This document shows, piece after piece, positions 56,356 to 64,000 of a DNA stretch of 64,000 nucleotides (positions within the stretch are counted from its first letter, which is position 1; each line of letters starts with the position of its first letter). The notes below the pieces were generated by a model. The model saw nothing but the letters and a program-made list of their open reading frames with translations, ran no database searches and had not been told where the DNA came from. The translations under genes were made by a program, and so were the position numbers. The DNA lies in assembly GCF_009914755.1 (NCBI RefSeq), contig NC_060934.1. The stretch is one strand, 5' to 3'. The stretch comes from the human T2T-CHM13v2.0 reference genome, Homo sapiens.

Positions 56356-56889
56356 CTGATGGAGACAGTGGAGGTGTTGATGGAGATGGTGGAGGTGCTG
56401 ATGGAAATGATAGGGGTACTATTGGAGATGGTGGAGGTGCTGATGGAGACGGTGGAGGTACTGATGGAGGTGGAGGAGGTGCTGTTGGAGATGAAGGAGG
56501 TGCTGATGGAGATGGTGGAGAGGTTGATGGAGGTGGAGGAGGTACTGAAGGAGATGGAGGAGGTACTGATGGAGATGGTGGAGATGTTGATGGAGGTGGA
56601 GGAGGTGCTGATGGAGATGGTGGAGGTTCTGATGGAGATGGTGGGGGTACTCATGGAGATGGTGAAGGTGCTGATGGAGATGGAGGAGATGCTGATGGAG
56701 GTGGTGGAGGTGCTGATGGAGATGGTAGAGGTGCTGATGGAGACGGAGGAGGTCCTGATATGGATAGTGGAGGTACTGATAGAGATGGTGGAGGTGGTGA
56801 TGGAGATGGTGGAGGTACTGACGGAGATGGTGGAGGTGCTGATTGAGATGGTCAAGGTGCTGATGGAGACGGTGGAGGTTCTGATGGAG
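56356..56889. repeat. 21-bp minisatellite, consensus CTGATGGAGATGGTGGAGGTG, about 25 copies
   Basis: Strict 21-bp periodicity with substitutions and no visible frameshifting indels. Confidence 0.95.
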
Positions 56890-58019
56890 TACCAATACAA
56901 TACAAAGAGTGCCAATTAAAGGGCAGAACTTCATTTTGACAAAGGATGTGGGAAAACTTCAGGGTTGGCATTGGGTTGATGTCACTTCCTTTCTCCATGC
57001 CTCAGAGGGTTTGTGTGTGTGTTTATGTAGAAGAGGAAGATATTTATAAAGCTCATTGCCCATTTTGCAGAGTCATCTTCATTAATTTCAGAGTATGTGT
57101 GAGGGAGGCCCATAGCTCAAGTTTGACCTTTTAATCTTCATTCTTGGCTTGTTGGGGATTAAAGATAGACTAGGCTTAACACCAATAGTACCTGCCCTTA
57201 ACAGGGTTTCTGAGAAGCAAAGTCATTGACGACAGAGTCTCCGTATGGTAATGCTACTTCCTCCTTCCAGAATTTTCACAGAAGCTTTCCTTTCTGACAA
57301 TGAAAAATAAAATCACCTCAGACATCAGAAATACTTGGCCTTTTATTTTCATTTTCTCACTTGAAACAGAACCTGAGATACCTTGTTGGACTCAGAGTTC
57401 TCCTTGAGTGTGACATTAGGGACTAAGAAAATAAGCAGCAGCTTGATTTTTTAAAGTATAGTTGCCACTGCTGACAGAAGTCAAATTATAACACCAGAAA
57501 AGTCTGGTTTTGATTCCTGCCATCTTCCTGGGAGAGTGGGTGGCTTGGTTGATAAAGCTGCACTCTCACTTCTGGAATTGGATTGGGTTCCCAAGCGTAA
57601 ACACGTCTGCATTTAATTTGGATCTGCTTGTGTATTCCAGTAAGAAACGGGGCTTAACATATGCACTGTAGCTCTGGCTGAAGGGCATTTTAACTGGTTA
57701 TGGGTCTCCTAAGACACAGGGATTTTAAGCCATTGCTTTTCAAATGTGCAGTCTGATTGTGCACATGCTAAAGGGAGGGGCGGGAGCAGCAGTGCGGGAG
57801 ATGGCATGTCACACACAGTCATAATAATCGAGCTACATCTAGCCAGATAACGCTGTCTTTGCTTACAAATCTAGGAAATAAGCCAGAAACTTACCAAAGA
57901 ATAGGAGTGATTACTGATACTGACTAACTAAAAAAATGTCTCCTTCCTCTTCGTTTCTGTTTCTGCCAGATGAAGACAAGGGGATTTATATTCAGAAGTG
58001 GCTGTTTCTAGAGGACTCA

Positions 58020-60370
58020 AAATCTTAGTGTAAACTAATGAAATTCATCATATGAACAGAACTAAGAAGAAAAGTAACATGATTATCTCCAATAATGTTT
58101 TAAAAACATGCTTGGCAAGATTTATCGACCATCCATGTTAAAACATAAGAATTGAGAGAAATTTCTTAGCATGATGAAATATGTATATTAATACCTCAGC
58201 TCTTGCAGTGAGCCAAGATAGCACCACTGCACTCCAGCCTGGGCAACAGAGCAAGATTCCATCTCAAAAACAAAACAGAACAAAACAAAACAAACAAACA
58301 AACAAACAAACAAAAGTCAGTCCAAAGCCTGCATCTTACTTAGTGGGGAAACACCAGAGGCTTTTCCACTAAGTCAGTAACAAGACAAGAGTGGCCACTC
58401 TCTCCATTACTATTTAACTCTATGCTGAAGTTATTAGCTAATGCAATTGGATAACAGAAGGCAATTAGAGACACAAATTGAAGAGGAAGAGGTAAAACTA
58501 TTCCTATTTGTAGATGATATTATTATGTATCTGGAAAACCCAAAAGAATTAATGGAAAATCCACTCTAAAAACTTTAGTACATAGGTAAGGTATAAAATT
58601 CACCTACAGAAATCAAAGTTACATGTGTATACACACACATGCATAACTAGTTAGAAAAAGTAATAGAGAATACACCACATTTAAAGTAGCAGAAATACAA
58701 TACAACTAGACTTAAACTGAATAAGGAATTAGTATTGTTGTAAAACTATTACATATCAATTGCAGGAGAAAGCAGATTAGTCATTTTGTTAGTATTATTA
58801 CTGCAAATAAAAGAACAGCCCAGTAATGATGAGCACCTCTTGAGCCCAGATTATGAACTCTAATAACCATTTCTTCCTAGGAGGAGGAAAGGTTGATTTT
58901 CTGTCTGGGGTTAGCAATATACAACTTGTGCTCAGTGCATCTTATATTATTTATCAAAACCTACTAGAATTGTGTCAAGAGGATATGGGAGAAAATGTGC
59001 ATAGGAGCCAACTTGAAGGGGCTCTCACTGGCCAAAGACGGCATAATTAGAGAGCCAAGAAGAATAATGACTGCAAAAAAGGAAAGATATCAAATATATA
59101 AGAACCCATGCATTATAACAATACTCTAAAAATAAAACTCATTGATTACCTTTGGAGGTTGTTAAGACAGTAATTTATTATTCTAAAATTTGTATCAGAA
59201 AAAAATTGAATATTTATCTTGCCTTTCCTGTAAGGGCTATATTTCAGAACAAATACACAGTTGACAGAAGACATTTCTTCCTTAGAGAAGAATTACTGTG
59301 AACAAATGAAGAAGGGCTGATAGAATTTTTAAAAAATCACAATTGTGCAACTGTAATGAAATAATAGATCTAACCAACAATCAGCAATAACAGCTAAGCC
59401 ATTAAGTGAAATATCAAGGGACAAGTTTCATAATAAATGGGTTTGCTGGCACCTGAACCCACTGATGTATCCTAACATCACTACAGTTGGGAAAGCCAAC
59501 CTTTATGTGCATTCTGATGTGAAGCATTAAGAAGTGCCCAGCACCATCTATGGGACATTTTTTTCTAAACTTTGACCCCAATATAGCCAAGCCTTTGAAT
59601 CTAACTTACAGGTTAGCAACATTATGGAGGGTAGAAGAACATGAGCAACAATACCATGAGGAAAAGGGAAACTTCTATTGGACAAATGATCCAGTTTCTT
59701 CTACAAAGAAATGGCATGGGAATAAAAGAAAGAGAGACTATTATAGATTTAAAAAGACTTACCAGACATAAGATCAAGTGAAATGTGTATATGTATATTT
59801 TTTAAGACAGGGGTTTCCTTCCCGTTCCCAAGGCTGGGGTGCAGTGGTGTGATCTTGGCACACTGCAGCCTTGACTTCCTGAGTTCAAGTGATCCTGACA
59901 CCTCACACTCCTGAGTAGCTGGGACTACAGGTGTGCAACACTATGCCCTTTTTTGTAATTTTAGTACAGACGGAGTTTCACCATGTTGCACAGGCTGAGC
60001 AATGTGCATTTTTATTTGGATTATGATTTGAATAAATCAATTGTAAAAAGATATTTTTAGACAACCAGGAAAACCGGAGTATGACATTATTGAGTAACTA
60101 CTGTTAATTTTGTGGAGTGTGACAATGGTGTTATAAGGATATGTTTTAGTCTTTATTTGTGAAAGGTAAATATGAAAATATTTATGAGAATTATATAATA
60201 AGTGGGATTAATTTAAAATAAAACAACAAAGTTGTGTCAGGAAAAGAGATTCGGATGAAGCAGGTAGAACAGAGCATACATGTATTGAAAGACTGGGCCA
60301 CAAGAATTCATTATACCATTTTCTCTATTTTTCTCTCTACCTTTGTTGTGTTTGGATATTTACATGTAAT
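58020..60370 (+). mobile_element. Highly diverged L1 (L1ME/L1MC-like) fragments with Alu insertions (58203-58315 +, 59797-59997 -)
   Basis: ORF2-like gaagaggtaaaactattcctatttgtagatgatattattatgtatctggaaaaccc (F-DD motif region) and old L1 3' UTR-like sequence. Confidence 0.7.
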
Positions 60371-60406
60371 TTTCTTTTTTCTTTTTCTTTTCTTTTTTTT
60401 TTTTTG

Positions 60407-60720
60407 CCAGGTGTGGTGGCTCAAGGCTGCAATCCTACATTCTTAGCACTTTGGGAGGCCAAGGCAGGAGAATCTCTCGAGACCAGGGGCTCAAGACCCA
60501 TCTTGGCAAGACCCGTCTCACAAAAATTAAAAAAAAAATTAGCTGCGTGTGGTGGTGTATGCCTGTAGTCTCAGCTCTCTTGGAGGTTGAGGTGGGAGGA
60601 CTGCTTGAGCCCAGGAGCTTGAGGCTGCAGTGAGCTATGATCGCACAACTGCACTCCAGCCTAGGCAATAGAGTAAGACCCTGTCTCTTAAAAATAACCC
60701 AAAAAACCAAGAAATTTAAA
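60407..60720 (+). mobile_element. AluJ-type SINE
   Basis: Diverged Alu dimer, preceded by a T-rich tract. Confidence 0.88.
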
Positions 60721-61540
60721 AACATTAATCTTGCTGTCAAAAAGGGACAATATGAAAACACCATGTAACATTTTAAGTGAAAGCTAGAAAGTAAGAATAA
60801 AGAATTATATCATCTAAATTCAAGAAAGGAAAAGACTGACTGTTCTTTGGCCATAGTCCCAATCTATGAACAAGTCATCTCCAAAATTGCTTTTAAACTC
60901 TTACCAATCATCACTAACACTTCACTTCAGTACTCATATTTCTGAAAGTCCACTAGTCAGAACAGCCTCAGTCCATCAAAAAGGCTTTCACAGCTAAAGA
61001 TCAACCAATCCCCCAACACTTCAATTTCCAAGAGTTTGCCAATCTCTGAACTCCATGCTTCCCAAAACCCTGTGTTAGAATCCCAGTTTGCTTTATTCAA
61101 AGGCACTGTAACTCATAAGTACAGCTCTCCCTGGCAGCAAGAAATACAATCTGGTCTTTGTTTTGGATAATGAGTGGTGGGCTCTTCTTTTAGAATAAAT
61201 GTACCAAAAGAAATTTTAAAAGTCTGATAAAGACAACAAGACCAAATTTTGGGGCCTTGAACCTGCATTTGTAATCAGCTTAAGTTGCACTGGCCTTTTG
61301 AAAGCAAATTCTTGGTGAGGCTCAGCCATTGAATACAAATCCCATCTTGCCCTTCCCCAAACAGGGAAAATCAACACAATAAATAAAATTTTGCACTACT
61401 AAAGAAGGATTAGGAAGAAGAAGGAGAGAGCAAAGTAGTGTTTGATAAAGACACTACTTAGGTATGACTTGTGGACTTTGTAGTTCATCTTCCATCCTGA
61501 AATAAACTGATAATTAATACACGTTTCAAAGAAGCATCTA

Positions 61541-61843
<303 letters not shown>

Positions 61844-62434
61844 AGAAGCATCTACTTTTATGTACCTTATGTGTACTTTTAAATTTTAATGTTTCTGTCA
61901 TGAAAAAAGGCTCAGACCACTCTCTTAAAATGTACATTTTGCTTGTAATATTTACACTGAATGAATAAAAAAAGCATGTCCCAAACAACACACTTTGATG
62001 CGTGATTATTCCTGCTTGCAATCTATAGAAGTTCATATATAAATGTTGAAACTCCAAAGGAATTATTCTCTGATCCATAAGCTAAGAAATACTTTTTATT
62101 TGAGACCTCAAAAGGAGAAGATAACATATATAAAAACAAAAGATATGAATGATGTTTGCATTAATTTGCTCAAGATATAAATTATAAGATGTTCCTTTTT
62201 AACCCTCCTTTTATCAAAGTTATCACCAGTGTATTTGTTCAGGAGTCAATGTCATCTGTATCTTATCAAACTGTGAAAAGTTTCCGTATGGCAAGTTAGA
62301 GAGTTAATATTCAGGAATGTCATACAGCACAGTCTTTGCCGATATTCTTCATATATTAAAAAATGACTTCATAGACTTCTTTGATGACTCTGATTAAGTT
62401 GTTTTTAGTCTGTCAAACTGATATAAAAACTTAC

Positions 62435-62492
62435 CACCATCTTGAAATGATCAAAAATTGAGTACTCAACTATGTGTAATCGGAGCACGCCA
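62435..62492 (-). other. Candidate 58-nt exon of an unidentified minus-strand transcript
   Basis: Minus strand gtttgatttttcag|TGGCGTG...GATGGTG|gtaagt; one open frame GVLRLHIVEYSIFDHFKMV. Confidence 0.35.
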
Positions 62493-62694
62493 CTGAAAAA
62501 TCAAACTCTTTGTGAATGAATACAGTTTAAAAAATAATATTTGGGAAGTTGTGCATGAATATTTTTGAAAATTGAGGCAAACTTGTGGATAGAGTACTCA
62601 GTACTTTTTCCAGTGGTCTAATTTTTGAAAGTTTTTATAGGGATAACATGTCAAGTACGTTTCTACCTTTACCAACGTGTCCTAGTACTATTCC

Positions 62695-62998
<304 letters not shown>

Positions 62999-63185
62999 CA
63001 CACTATTCCTTTTTATTTGTAAATTGTGATATTCACATTAGTTATTGGTGATGGGTAAACAGAATGACAATATCTATTAGAATAAATAAGAAACAATTAG
63101 AACAGTACAGTACTGAGACAACTAGATCAATCAATATATTCCAAAAGACAATATTTGGAGTGTCATGATGAGAAAAAAGCCATTT

Positions 63186-63895
<710 letters not shown>

Positions 63896-64000
63896 TGATA
63901 ATGGAATGAACTTTCTACTTTTACCTGGATATGCCAAGCACTTTTATTATCATCCTCATTTTGCAGATAAGAAAACTGAGGCACAGAGTGGTTAAGTATC

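Noticed and set aside
56307-56846. Gly/Asp-rich ORF resembling a structural or RTX-like repeat protein
   Set aside because: An alternative frame of the 21-bp minisatellite with no independent support; not called as CDS
56356-56889. Possible CRISPR-like array
   Set aside because: Contiguous tandem units with no unique spacers, in eukaryotic DNA
57895-57927. Possible 33-nt in-frame minus-strand microexon (tttttttag|...TTG|gtaagt)
   Set aside because: Pyrimidine tract is short and preceded by purines; no other support
60820-61200. Possible old LTR fragment
   Set aside because: No clear termini or TSD and no family I can identify

Overview
Primate (human-like) nuclear DNA that looks intronic or intergenic. 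It is dominated by interspersed repeats: about 46 Alu copies or fragments, L1 fragments of several ages, L2/MIR remnants, MaLR/ERVL/ERV1 solo LTRs, and Tigger, MER63, Zaphod-like and MER5 DNA transposon relics. I cannot support any protein-coding gene. The supplied ORFs are mostly read-throughs of Alu, L1, LTR or low-complexity sequence, or short chance frames. Repeat subfamily names come from recalled consensus sequences, not a RepeatMasker run, and most boundaries are approximate. The best non-routine features are: (1) a ~0.95 kb UTR-like processed retrocopy with AATAAA, poly(A) and a 16-bp TSD (13847-14825); (2) a ~160-bp-arm inverted duplication whose spacer is an exact copy of the upstream flank (12856-13223); (3) a foldback plus tandem duplication at a Tigger3 end (19895-20535); (4) a 21-bp minisatellite that leaves four reading frames open (56356-56889); (5) a ~240-bp TTTTA/TTTA Alu-tail expansion; and (6) a few orphan splice-site pairs that may mark unannotated exons. 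I found no convincing evidence for a previously undescribed biological system; the findings are candidates to test.
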